Below the pieces are notes generated by a model. The model searched no databases and was not told the DNA's origin. It saw only the letters and a list, made by a program, of their open reading frames with translations. From positions 1 to 22,248 of the forward strand of contig WJMJ01000171.1 of assembly GCA_014728035.1 (NCBI GenBank): a stretch of 22,248 nt of DNA, in the 5' to 3' direction. Below are positions 7,546 through 16,241 of the stretch, one piece after another; the stretch's first letter is position 1; every line of letters begins with the position of its first letter. Made by a program: the position numbers and the translations under genes. This stretch comes from Promethearchaeota archaeon (GTDB lineage Archaea > Asgardarchaeota > Thorarchaeia > Thorarchaeales > Thorarchaeaceae).

Positions 7546-8115
7546 TCAATCGCTGAGGAATTCATCAAGATTTCCTTCAGCCTCCAATTCCTCCATCCAG
7601 TCAATTCTGAGGGGAATGACTTCAGCGTCAAGAATCGAGAGTATCTCTTCCACAGTTTCAGGAGCCTTCATGTCAGTGGTATCAATCTCATACACAATAT
7701 TTGGATCAAATACTTCAATTGCGTCCATCTGGCAGACTCCAATAACCTCGGCTTCTACATTCTCTCTAATTTTAGCTTCGGGATAATCCCGCGATGCTAA
7801 ACGGACCCGCAAATTAGCTGGATGAGCTCGAAGAATGATGACCAACTCAACAGATGAGCTTGGCACCAAATCAATATAATGCCCCTCGATGATGACTCTA
7901 CCTTTCTTATTTTCAACAAGATCAATTAACGCTTCAACTAGACAGTCTTCATCAATGATTCCAGTTTGGCGATGCTTGTCTTCAGCTGAAATACACCCAG
8001 ATGCATCAGCTAATTCGCTCATAGAGACAACATCACAGCCCAGCCGAGAACCTAGTATTTTCGCAATAGAAGTCTTACCAGTACCAGGAGTACCGCCTAT
8101 GAGAATTACAGTCAT
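7546..8115 (-). CDS. Fap7/AK6-like nucleoside-triphosphatase / putative adenylate kinase
   Basis: 189 aa. Walker A GGTPGTGKTS lies at the extreme N-terminus. The size and the EGHY segment are typical of archaeal Fap7-type kinases. Confidence 0.75.
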   Translation of the reverse strand: MTVILIGGTPGTGKTSIAKILGSRLGCDVVSMSELADASGCISAEDKHRQTGIIDEDCLVEALIDLVENKKGRVIIEGHYIDLVPSSSVELVIILRAHPANLRVRLASRDYPEAKIRENVEAEVIGVCQMDAIEVFDPNIVYEIDTTDMKAPETVEEILSILDAEVIPLRIDWMEELEAEGNLDEFLSD

Positions 8116-8142
8116 ATATGATTTTTAACGTAGGGGATAAAT

Positions 8143-8162
8143 AAGGGAATTGGAAGGGAATT
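8143..8162. repeat. Tandem direct repeat AAGGGAATT-GG-AAGGGAATT in a divergent intergenic region
   Basis: Copies at 8143-8151 and 8154-8162. They are followed by CCAATTC, which is nearly complementary to GGAATTGG, and by TCACCTTATAAG at about 8169-8180. Confidence 0.35.
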
Positions 8163-8231
8163 ACCAATTCACCTTATAAGACTGGGATTCTAGTACAATA
8201 ACGGAATATAATACTGTCCGGTGCTGATGAA

Positions 8232-8954
8232 ATGATTAGGGGTAAGAAACATAACACAAACAGAATTGTGCCCTTGGCAATAATGGTGCTATCGCTGATT
8301 ATGGCTTTCACATTCTGGTGGTCAAATGGAGTGTTAGCTATTCTACTGATGGTTGTTGCTTTAGCAAGCTGTGTCTTTTCTGCGTGTCAATTCACATTTG
8401 AACCAAGTGACGGACAAGTGATTGCAGTTCGTGCTTCTGATATCCAGCAGAGACGAGTGCGACCACGAAGGGACCCTTTTAGAGAAGAAACGATAGCTAT
8501 TGAAGAGATAATAGATTTAGAATCCGCAGATCCTGAAGAAAAAATTACAGATATTCAACAAGACTTGCCTGTAGAAATTATTGATGGAATCGGGCAATCT
8601 TATGGTTCCAGACTCAGAGAAATGAATATTGATATTGTAAAGAAAATGGTGACAGTACATCCAGAAGTAATAAAACAAATCTGCGAAGTAAATAGAGAAA
8701 CTGCCGAACACTGGATTGCTGATGCAAAATGTCTTATCAAAGGGGCTAGAATATACAGTATTTTGGAACTTGCCATGTCTGAACCAGCAGAAGTCCTTAT
8801 CAAAATTGAAAAAGCGATAGACAAAGGAAAATTGGACCTTCCGAATTCTTACGAGATTAATGAATGGAAAATCCGACAATGGATTGATACTGCAAATGAT
8901 ATCATGTCATCAATAAGCTCAGATGACTTTAGAAAATGGAAAGGTAAATCGTGA
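8232..8954 (+). CDS. Membrane-anchored DUF4332-like (helix-hairpin-helix) protein
   Basis: 240 aa with two N-terminal TM helices. The cytoplasmic part has IIDGIGQSYGSRLREMNI ... AEHWIADAKCLI ... INEWKIRQWIDTA, which matches the DUF4332 pattern (I-x-GIG-x-Y-x-x-L ... W-x-x-x-A). Confidence 0.6.
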   Translation: MIRGKKHNTNRIVPLAIMVLSLIMAFTFWWSNGVLAILLMVVALASCVFSACQFTFEPSDGQVIAVRASDIQQRRVRPRRDPFREETIAIEEIIDLESADPEEKITDIQQDLPVEIIDGIGQSYGSRLREMNIDIVKKMVTVHPEVIKQICEVNRETAEHWIADAKCLIKGARIYSILELAMSEPAEVLIKIEKAIDKGKLDLPNSYEINEWKIRQWIDTANDIMSSISSDDFRKWKGKS

Positions 8955-9052
8955 ACCGGATTAGATTTTTTTGTATTAAATATATTCCACTACATAATGA
9001 ATAAAAGCCACACCCATTCTATTTCAAATCATCACTAGCGAGGTGATTAGGA

Positions 9053-9553
9053 ATGAATAAAGGGTGGTACATCAGACCTTTTGAGAGGAAAGATCTCCCT
9101 GATGTAGTCAAAGTCAACAAATCCTGTCTACCAGAAAATTACCCAAATCAATTCTTTTTGGGACTGTATCACCATGCCCCGAAAGCATTCCTAGTTGGTA
9201 TTGATAACGACAAATTAGCAGGATACATCATGTGCAGAATTGAAAGAGGGGTTTCATCTTTTGGAATAATGCCTGTGAAGAAGGGGCACATCGTATCTGT
9301 CGCTGTAATGGACATTCATAGAAGAAAAGGAATTGGATATGCTTTGATACGAAAAGGCATGGCTGCCATGTCAGAGTATGGAGTCAGTGAATATTTCCTC
9401 GAAGTCAGAAAATCCAATAATGCAGCTATTGGAGTATATGAAAAGCTTGGATTTAGCATCAAAAGAGTCCTTAAAGGGTATTATCGCGATGGTGAAGATG
9501 CCTACCTAATGGCCAGAAAAAGCATCAAAGACGAACCTATTGAGAGTGAGTGA
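9053..9553 (+). CDS. N-alpha-acetyltransferase, Ard1/Naa10 (RimI) family
   Basis: 166 aa. CLPENY, GHIVSVAV...HRRKGIG (acetyl-CoA site), LEVRKSNNAAIGVYEKLGF and YYRDGEDAYLM closely parallel eukaryotic Naa10 and archaeal Ard1. A perfect SD AGGTGAT lies 5 nt upstream of the ATG. Confidence 0.88.
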   Translation: MNKGWYIRPFERKDLPDVVKVNKSCLPENYPNQFFLGLYHHAPKAFLVGIDNDKLAGYIMCRIERGVSSFGIMPVKKGHIVSVAVMDIHRRKGIGYALIRKGMAAMSEYGVSEYFLEVRKSNNAAIGVYEKLGFSIKRVLKGYYRDGEDAYLMARKSIKDEPIESE

Positions 9554-10472
9554 ATTGAGTCAGGGCCCAATCCGTGTACCACTAATCCCAAAATGTTCAG
9601 CTTGTATCATGGATAGTCTTACCACACTAGTTCCTATGCTCACAGATAATGAACAAGAACAATTCCGTCTATTCAAATTAGCATTTCACAAGCTTTCAGA
9701 AGGCTATGAGCAAAAAATAGAACCAGCACCACTCTCAATAGAGCTTTATCAGATGTTATACTCAGAGGCAAAAGTCAAGGACCCATACAAAGAGATTAAG
9801 GAAATTAGTACTGAAGCGGCAAAGCAAGTACTACCCTCAATTGAAAAGTTGATCAATAAATTGGATGATTATGAAAAATTACGAGCTTGTATTGCAGCTG
9901 CCATTACTGGGAATGTCATAGATTTCAACACTGCTGGGCACCGACCCGATTTTGATTCTCTAGAGAGTCAGTTCCAAGATATATTGAATCAAGGATTTGT
10001 TTTAGATGACTCTCAAGAACTATGGTGGGCAATCAAAGCCCAGAAAGGAATAGTCGTTTTCCTAGGTGATAATGCTGGTGAAACGTTATTCGATATTCCA
10101 CTTCTTAGACTCTTCAAAAATCATGGATGGAGAATTATCTATGTCGTGAAAGGAAGACCCATGATAAACGATGCAACTGAGGAGGACATTCAAAGTACCG
10201 AGATTGAAGAACTTGCGGAGATACAGAACACAGGCGCTTGGGCTCATGGAGTACCTGCCAAAATGGTAAGTCGTGACTTTCTTGATATCATTTCAGGCTC
10301 TGATCTTGTTATTTCAAAAGGGCAAGCAAACATTGAAACCTTTCCAGAGATTCAAAGAGAGCTTAAAGTCGAGACCTATTATATATCCCGAGCAAAATGT
10401 ACACACATATCTCAAGCAGTTGGAGCATCGAAAGGAGAAAATATTGTGCTAAGAAGACCAGCTACAGAATAG
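9540..10472 (+). CDS. DUF89 (ARMT1-like) metal-dependent damage-control phosphatase family protein
   Basis: About 310 aa. Motifs FLGDNAGETLFD and SKGQANIETF (DUF89 DNxGE / KGxxNxE), plus an N-terminal CSAC. The start is uncertain (TTG 9540, GTG 9546 or TTG 9555). All candidates overlap or abut the upstream acetyltransferase stop at 9553. Confidence 0.8.
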   Translation: MRVSELSQGPIRVPLIPKCSACIMDSLTTLVPMLTDNEQEQFRLFKLAFHKLSEGYEQKIEPAPLSIELYQMLYSEAKVKDPYKEIKEISTEAAKQVLPSIEKLINKLDDYEKLRACIAAAITGNVIDFNTAGHRPDFDSLESQFQDILNQGFVLDDSQELWWAIKAQKGIVVFLGDNAGETLFDIPLLRLFKNHGWRIIYVVKGRPMINDATEEDIQSTEIEELAEIQNTGAWAHGVPAKMVSRDFLDIISGSDLVISKGQANIETFPEIQRELKVETYYISRAKCTHISQAVGASKGENIVLRRPATE

Positions 10473-10497
10473 ATTGCAGGACTGAGAAGATTTTTAT

Positions 10498-10521
10498 CCA
10501 AGTAGGCTTGACTTGGTTTTG
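10498..10521 (+). terminator. Hairpin plus T-run after the DUF89 gene
   Basis: CCAAGT (10498-10503) / ACTTGG (10511-10516) with a 7-nt loop, followed by TTTTG. Confidence 0.4.
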
Positions 10522-10645
10522 TGGTAGTCATTATCTTAGCATCCTTTTGAAAAAACTTAAATGTGATTCCAACACCGAAGTGCATGTACAGTTTTATCAG
10601 AACCTAGATATAAGATAAGGCTAGGTTTATGGAGGAACTAGATAA

Positions 10646-12286
10646 ATGAGTCAGCAAGTACCCGTTCTCGTACTTAGAGAGGACACAGAAAGAACCCGAG
10701 GCCGCGATGCTCAAAGAAACAACATCATGGCTGCAGTAGTAATTGCAGAAGCAGTCAAGAGCGCGCTAGGTCCTAAGGGTATGGATAAGATGCTAGTCGA
10801 TTCCTTTGGCGACATTACTGTAAGTAATGATGGCGCAACTATATTGAAAGAGATGGACGTAGCACATCCAGCAGCAAAGATGATTATTGAGGTCGCAAAG
10901 ACCGTAGACGCAGAAGTTGGTGACGGAACCACCACTTCAGCAATTCTAGCAGGAGACTTACTACGAAAGGCCGAAGAGCTTCTCGATCAGAAGATTCATC
11001 CAACAACAATCATTAGTGGCTACAGGAAAGCAACTGAGAAAGCTCTAGAAGTTGTAGATTCCGTCGCTGAGAAGGTGGACCCGGCAGCAAGTACTTACAA
11101 GAAGATACTTATGGATGTTGCAAAGACTTCGATGTCTAGCAAGTTTGTTTCAAACTATAGAGACCACCTTGCAGAGCTAGTTGTTAATGCAGTTCTTGCA
11201 ATTGCAAAAGACAAAGAACCAGGCGCAGAGATTGACATCGGGGATATCCCAAGGCAGAAGCAAGAGGGATTAGGTGTTGATACCACCATGATGGTTGAAG
11301 GTCTTGTTTTGGATAAAGAGATTGTTCATCCTGGAATGCCAACTAAAGCAGAAAAAGCAAAGATTGCCCTACTTGAGTGCCCATTAGAAGTGACTAAAAC
11401 TGAATTTGATGCAAAGATTGCAATATCAGACCCATCCTCAATGCAGAGCTTCCTTGATCAAGAGGAAAGCATGTTGAAAGAGATGGTGGATCAGATTGTC
11501 GCAACTGGTGCAAATGTTGTCATTGCCCAGAAGGGAATTGATGACGTTGTCCAACACTATCTTGCAAAGAATGGCATTCTAGCAGTCCGACGAATCAAGA
11601 AGTCAGACATTGAGCGAATTCACAAGACCACCGGAGCTTCAATTGTTTCAAAGATCAAGAACCTATCAAAGGAAGATCTTGGCACCGCAAAGGTTGTTGA
11701 ACAGAAGAAGGTTGGAGATGACAAGATGCTCTTTATCGAGGGGACTCCTAAATCCTCAAGCGTTACTATTCTTGTCAGAGGTGGAACTGACCACATCGTT
11801 GATGAGGTCGACCGTGCACTGAATGATGCACTCTATGTTGTCAGAGACGTAGTCATGCATCCATACGTAACTTATGGCGGTGGTGCATTAGCTAGTCAGA
11901 TTTCAAAGCAACTCAGAGATTTCGCTTCAAGCCTTGAAGGACGTGAACAATATGCAGTCAATGCATACGCAGATGCTGTTGAATCACTACCAATCACCCT
12001 CGCTGAAAACGCAGGATTGGACCCAATTGACATCATGGTTCAACTACGTTCAGCTCACACTGAAGGTAAAGCTACCCATGGTCTCAGCATTGAAAAAGGC
12101 AAAGTCGCAGACATGAAAAAAGCTAGAGTCACTGAATCTGCTCTTGTCAACAGACAAATCATTATGTCAGCTGCAGAAGCTGCCCAGATGATTTTGAAGA
12201 TTGATGATGTGATCTCAAGTAAAGGTGGCGGTGGAATGCCCGGTGGAGATATGCCAGGCGGCCCCGGCGACATGGACGACGAATAA
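10646..12286 (+). CDS. ths: Thermosome subunit (group II chaperonin, CCT/TCP-1 family)
   Basis: 546 aa. [32 protein letters not shown] and VGDGTTT are canonical group II chaperonin motifs. The C-terminus has a [13 protein letters not shown] tail. SD GGAGG at 10631-10635. Confidence 0.97.
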   Translation: MSQQVPVLVLREDTERTRGRDAQRNNIMAAVVIAEAVKSALGPKGMDKMLVDSFGDITVSNDGATILKEMDVAHPAAKMIIEVAKTVDAEVGDGTTTSAILAGDLLRKAEELLDQKIHPTTIISGYRKATEKALEVVDSVAEKVDPAASTYKKILMDVAKTSMSSKFVSNYRDHLAELVVNAVLAIAKDKEPGAEIDIGDIPRQKQEGLGVDTTMMVEGLVLDKEIVHPGMPTKAEKAKIALLECPLEVTKTEFDAKIAISDPSSMQSFLDQEESMLKEMVDQIVATGANVVIAQKGIDDVVQHYLAKNGILAVRRIKKSDIERIHKTTGASIVSKIKNLSKEDLGTAKVVEQKKVGDDKMLFIEGTPKSSSVTILVRGGTDHIVDEVDRALNDALYVVRDVVMHPYVTYGGGALASQISKQLRDFASSLEGREQYAVNAYADAVESLPITLAENAGLDPIDIMVQLRSAHTEGKATHGLSIEKGKVADMKKARVTESALVNRQIIMSAAEAAQMILKIDDVISSKGGGGMPGGDMPGGPGDMDDE

Positions 12287-12303
12287 TCTAACATCACAGA
12301 CAC

Positions 12304-12355
12304 AGGATTCTGTTCGTGAACCAAACACGAATGAATCCTTTCTATTTCTTTTTTG
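12304..12355 (+). terminator. Compound hairpin plus T-tract after the thermosome gene
   Basis: Outer stem AGGATT/AATCCT and inner stem TTCGTG/CACGAA with loop AACCAAA, followed by TTCTATTTCTTTTTT. Confidence 0.5.
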
Positions 12356-12449
12356 GATAGGTAGTAATTGCTCTTCTTGCATGATTCCTATGAAATAGGA
12401 TAAGAATTCATCTAACGAGTTTCAAAATAGTTGTTGATGAAATTCTTAG

Positions 12450-13073
12450 TTAACTATCAGCAATGTCAGACTCGATCTCTTCTAGAAGTGATTCGTACTC
12501 TTTTCGCTGTTCGGCGCTGATATATGATAGAGTTGTGAATTTCTGCATAGCTTCCAGATAGAGCGGATTTTCGCTTATTAATCGGGCTTTACAAGCTCTC
12601 TCATTTTCTTTATGTTCACTAATTTTCTTTTTGCTGATAGGTGTGAGGATAATAATCCCAATAAGGGAGCCGAAGATAATCAATTGGATATAGAGATTGG
12701 AAGCTAATTCTGGAGAAATGATGATATTGATTATGAAGACGATAATCACTGCTACTAATAGCGACCCAAGGATGAGATAATTATCAAACGGGTTTTGCTG
12801 ATAGCTGGTTTCTTTTACAACTGTAATATATTCTAATACACCCCTATCGTTTAGCTCATCTATCTCCCACGGATTCATCCATACCCAATACTTATCGTGA
12901 TGATCCATGACATAATAAGGATCTTTCTCCGAATCATCATATCTTCTTACTCGTTTTACCCGAAACCGCTGAAATTTATCTGAATCGTGAAGAATTTCTT
13001 CTACTCTTTTACAGCGTTCGTCTAAATAAAAAGACCCAAACGAAAGGTCCGAAATTTCTATTTCAACCTTCAA
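12450..13073 (-). CDS. 2-TM membrane protein with N-terminal soluble domain and C-terminal helical tail, function unknown
   Basis: 207-aa ORF. It has only a TTG start at 13073, and the first in-frame ATG is at codon 56. Hydrophobic segments are LILGSLLVAVIIVFIINIII and LIIFGSLIGIIILTPI. I recognised no motif. Confidence 0.5.
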   Translation of the reverse strand: MKVEIEISDLSFGSFYLDERCKRVEEILHDSDKFQRFRVKRVRRYDDSEKDPYYVMDHHDKYWVWMNPWEIDELNDRGVLEYITVVKETSYQQNPFDNYLILGSLLVAVIIVFIINIIISPELASNLYIQLIIFGSLIGIIILTPISKKKISEHKENERACKARLISENPLYLEAMQKFTTLSYISAEQRKEYESLLEEIESDIADS

Positions 13074-13241
13074 TAATACTCATCAATAGATGAACTTTAT
13101 CGAAAGGATATTAGAGTTTCCATAAAAATCTCAATACCGCTTTAAGAGAAGACTTTTATGGGCGTCGAAAAGCTTTTCTTTTCATAGTTTTGCAGGACCT
13201 AGCTGGAATACCGTAAGCTGGTTCTGTGGAGGAATCAATCG

Positions 13242-13418
13242 ATGAGTTGGTGCGCGAGCAAAGTATCTCAATATGAAGATAGAAAAAGATTCATGGCAAC
13301 CTGTTTTCTAATTCATATTTCAAACATCAATTTCATTTACTGTCAATCAAAGAAAACAGCTGAAGTGGAGGAAGAAGTATTCCCAACCACACTTTCAAGA
13401 TATTTCAAGCACATTTGA
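13242..13418 (+). CDS. Candidate 58-aa small protein (hypothetical)
   Basis: This ORF is below the ORF-track cutoff. ATG 13242 is preceded by GGAGG (13228-13232) at 9-nt spacing, and the stop TGA ends at 13418. It lies in the 400-nt gap upstream of rpoK. I recognised no motif. Confidence 0.25.
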   Translation: MSWCASKVSQYEDRKRFMATCFLIHISNINFIYCQSKKTAEVEEEVFPTTLSRYFKHI

Positions 13419-13475
13419 TGACAAATTCGAAAACTAATAGAAAGAGTCAAACGGGATAAATAACGGGTGTAATTC

Positions 13476-14135
13476 ATGTCAGAAGGCTCAAAGTCCGATA
13501 AGAAAAAGAAAAAGGAGCTAACCGAGGAGCAACGCAAAAAGCTTCTCACTTACGTTCCAGGAGTGGGACCAAAAACAGCTGAAAAGCTCACTGAAGCAGG
13601 GTACGACGAATTAGACGTTCTTGTGAAAGCGGATCCAGAGGCACTTGCGGAAGCTGTCACAGGATTGAGCGTTCCCAAAGCTGAAGGAGTTATATCTGAA
13701 GCTGTCATTCTCAAGAAACTCATTGATGATGGAAAAATGGATCCAACTTCTCCACGAAGACGTAGAAGAAGAGCTCCTGAGCCAGACCCCGATCTCCATG
13801 AACTCCCACCAGCGCAGAAGATTGAAAGTCCAGAAGAAATCACTTCTATTGAAACTGGTCTTGAAATAGAACGAAAAGAGATGGGAATTCCTGCTGGACC
13901 AAAATGGCTCACACGATTTGAACGAGCAAGAATTGTTGGGGCTCGTGCTTTGCAAATATCAATGGGTGCTCCTGTATTGGTTGATATGACTGCTACTTCA
14001 AAAGAAGTATTCGCACTAGCTGAGAATGAATTGAAAAGTGGTGTACTTCCAATGACCGTTCGTAGATCGCTCCCTACTGGTGAAACTTTCGACATCCCAT
14101 TAAAAGTACTTCTTGAAAATACGAGACTGGATTGA
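13476..14135 (+). CDS. rpoK: DNA-directed RNA polymerase subunit K (Rpo6/Rpb6 family) with N-terminal Lys-rich + helix-hairpin-helix + Arg-run extension
   Basis: 219 aa. The C-terminal 80 aa, [27 protein letters not shown]...[13 protein letters not shown], is the canonical Rpo6/Rpb6 core. The same uninterrupted frame also encodes [17 protein letters not shown], an Hh[18 protein letters not shown] (aa 27 onward) and [10 protein letters not shown]. Confidence 0.85.
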   Translation: MSEGSKSDKKKKKELTEEQRKKLLTYVPGVGPKTAEKLTEAGYDELDVLVKADPEALAEAVTGLSVPKAEGVISEAVILKKLIDDGKMDPTSPRRRRRRAPEPDPDLHELPPAQKIESPEEITSIETGLEIERKEMGIPAGPKWLTRFERARIVGARALQISMGAPVLVDMTATSKEVFALAENELKSGVLPMTVRRSLPTGETFDIPLKVLLENTRLD

Positions 14136-14159
14136 TTCAGTCTCATTCCATTCTTTTTT
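14123..14159 (+). terminator. Hairpin plus T-tract at the rpoK 3' end; the loop contains the stop codon
   Basis: Perfect 7-bp stem GAGACTG (14123-14129) / CAGTCTC (14138-14144). The loop GATTGATT contains the TGA at 14133-14135. It is followed by ATTCCATTCTTTTTT. Confidence 0.5.
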
Positions 14160-14225
14160 GATTCCGTAACAAAACTGCTTAAATGATAGCTATGAATAAT
14201 ATTTTGGTCCCGAAGGTATGAAAGT

Positions 14226-15563
14226 ATGCAAGAGTTGTTCCTTAGTCCAGATTTAGTAATTCGCATTCTCCTTGGATTTGCTGTAGGAGCTTTGATTGGA
14301 TTAGAGAGACAAAAAAGGATGAGGGACGATCATTCATTAGGAGTTAGAACATTCGGTCTTCACAGTTTATTAGGATGTCTTGCAGCTTACTCATTTACAA
14401 TATCGGGAAACGCCCTAGTATTGATTTATGCTACTGCAGTTTCGTTGATTATCCTAGCAGCACAGGTTTTCTACAAACTTTTCCGTACGATGCGAAAGGG
14501 AATGACTACAACAATAGTATTTGCCTTGTCATTTGTACTAGGTGCCTTAGTGGGGCTAGATTCAGTGCCGGTTGCACCCAATATCATAGGACCACTCCAG
14601 CTACTCTCAATGACAATTTCCTTCATGGTCTTTTTGGTATTAGGATTCAAAGAAGAACTTGCCTCAGCGGTCGCTATGGTAGAACGGGATGAATTAATCA
14701 GTGCAGCGGAGCTTGGTGTGATTATTCTATTTCTATGGCCGCTTATTCCACAGTCAGTACAAATCGGTCCAATCGAATTCCCGATTTTTCAAATCTATAT
14801 CCTTGTGGTTATCCTTCTATCAATCAGTTTTGCAAATTATATCCTCGTAAAGAAATACAAGGATAAAGGAACCTATTTCTTCGGCTTGTTTGGAGGATTT
14901 GCCAATAGTGAAGCAACGGTTTCTAGTTTGACAGATTTCCACTGTAGAACAGGAAGAAAACATCCGGATAGGATTGCACTTTCTTCTATGTTTGCAAACT
15001 TAGCTATGGTTATCAGAAATGCAGCATTGATATTATTAATAGATCCAACGATTGCAATTCTCCGCTTCTATGCAGTTCCCGTGATAATTCTTGTTGGTCT
15101 CGGACTAATCAGAGGCCTTATGGTGAGACGTTCCAATATTATCGAGGAGAAAGAGGAAGAAGAAGAGATTGATACAACCAAAATCTCACCATTTGAGTTC
15201 TCAGCTGCGCTGAGATTTGCTGTTGTATTTACTGGAGTGTCCCTGATTTCACTTTTCCTTCAAGAATTCTTTAGTGATGCGGGTATTATTTTGGCAGCAA
15301 TTGTGGGTGGCTTCGCTTCAGCAGGAGCAGTTGTAGCAGTTGCAGCAATTGCATTCTCAAGCGGGACAATTGTTTTATCTACTGCAGTGTTTGCTGTCAT
15401 TATAGCTACAACAATGTCAGTACTAAACAAGATCATCTATGTGTTTGCTACAGACAGAGACCCGGTTCTGGCGAAAAAGGTCGCAATGGATTCTTTGACA
15501 CTAGCTGCAGGAGTCGTAATTTATTTACTAGTACTTGCTTCAGGTTTAATACACATAGTATAG
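14226..15563 (+). CDS. MgtC/SapB-family membrane protein with C-terminal DUF4010-like extension
   Basis: 445 aa and polytopic. The N-terminal motif LLGFAVGALIGLERQKR....GVRTFGL is typical of MgtC/SapB. An acidic linker EEKEEEEE is followed by further TM helices. Confidence 0.75.
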   Translation: MQELFLSPDLVIRILLGFAVGALIGLERQKRMRDDHSLGVRTFGLHSLLGCLAAYSFTISGNALVLIYATAVSLIILAAQVFYKLFRTMRKGMTTTIVFALSFVLGALVGLDSVPVAPNIIGPLQLLSMTISFMVFLVLGFKEELASAVAMVERDELISAAELGVIILFLWPLIPQSVQIGPIEFPIFQIYILVVILLSISFANYILVKKYKDKGTYFFGLFGGFANSEATVSSLTDFHCRTGRKHPDRIALSSMFANLAMVIRNAALILLIDPTIAILRFYAVPVIILVGLGLIRGLMVRRSNIIEEKEEEEEIDTTKISPFEFSAALRFAVVFTGVSLISLFLQEFFSDAGIILAAIVGGFASAGAVVAVAAIAFSSGTIVLSTAVFAVIIATTMSVLNKIIYVFATDRDPVLAKKVAMDSLTLAAGVVIYLLVLASGLIHIV

Positions 15564-15668
15564 AATGGACGTATAATGATTCTGATCAGCATTTTTCTAT
15601 TGTGGCAAATGATTCATAAAGAATCACAAACACAATGGAGCTAATTAAGATGAGGATATTGTGTGAAT

Positions 15669-16091
15669 ATGACAAGGCATTCGGATCTTATTAGATATGC
15701 AAGAGATTCAATTGAAGCAAGCACACACCAAAATGATATGCATCCTTTCTCATTTTATAATTGTGAGGTATGTAACAAAAGCAGGCCATTTGAACTGGTA
15801 ATACGATATGATACAGAAGAGTCAATTTTACCAATACAGAGCCTTGTTGGACATATCCAAGGAAGATGTGGTGTCTGTGGAAAAACAACTCTGTTACTTA
15901 GCAATACAGAAGATGATGATACTGAAAGATCAATTAGACCAACATGTGCATGTGGGAATAACCAATTTGTTGTAGGCATGTGTGAAAGAATTCAGGGAGA
16001 GAAAGGGATTCCGGGCCTTTTTGAAAAAAGAGTAATTGTTGCTAAATGTTCCAAGTGTAAAAATATTCAGACAATAGCTTATACCGAGTGA
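15669..16091 (+). CDS. Small Cys-rich protein with two predicted zinc-ribbon-like knuckle pairs, function unknown
   Basis: 140 aa from ATG 15669 (a GTG alternative lies at 15663, with GAGGA at 15652-15656). Cys pairs are CEVC...CGVC and CAC...CSKC. A T-run at 16124-16132 follows the stop. Confidence 0.55.
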   Translation: MTRHSDLIRYARDSIEASTHQNDMHPFSFYNCEVCNKSRPFELVIRYDTEESILPIQSLVGHIQGRCGVCGKTTLLLSNTEDDDTERSIRPTCACGNNQFVVGMCERIQGEKGIPGLFEKRVIVAKCSKCKNIQTIAYTE

Positions 16092-16241
16092 TTTCGTAAG
16101 ACTTATACTTAGAGTATGATGAGAATTTTTTGGTGACAATATGATAGCCGGTGGCTTAGTTCATCAATTGGAATAAACTATTTAGTGATAGTAAGGCTAC
16201 CCGCATGTGTTACCGGAACGAATTCTGGAGCTATATCAACG

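Noticed and set aside
10397-10618. A 73-aa plus-strand ORF spanning the DUF89 3' end and the thermosome upstream region
   Set aside because: It overlaps the DUF89 coding frame and runs through a hairpin terminator and the A/T-rich promoter region. It has no SD and no motif.
13463-13473. A shared ACGGGTGTAA(A)T motif immediately upstream of both the rpoK and SPFH (3399..3410) start codons, considered as a common regulatory site
   Set aside because: GGGTG matches the Shine-Dalgarno core (GGAGGTGAT) at normal spacing from the ATG, so a ribosome-binding site is the simpler explanation.
13550-14266. A 238-aa minus-strand ORF, longer than rpoK itself
   Set aside because: It lies entirely antisense to the rpoK gene, whose Rpo6 core and HhH motif are unmistakable on the plus strand. 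The product is Ser-rich low-complexity sequence typical of the shadow frame of a GAA/GAG/AAG-rich gene.
16116-16163. A C/D-box sRNA-like layout: perfect C box ATGATGA, a 12-nt spacer, and a C'-like ATGATAG 19 nt later
   Set aside because: The positions where D' and D boxes should lie read GACA and TTCA rather than CTGA. The T-run here is better explained as the terminator of the upstream Cys-rich gene.
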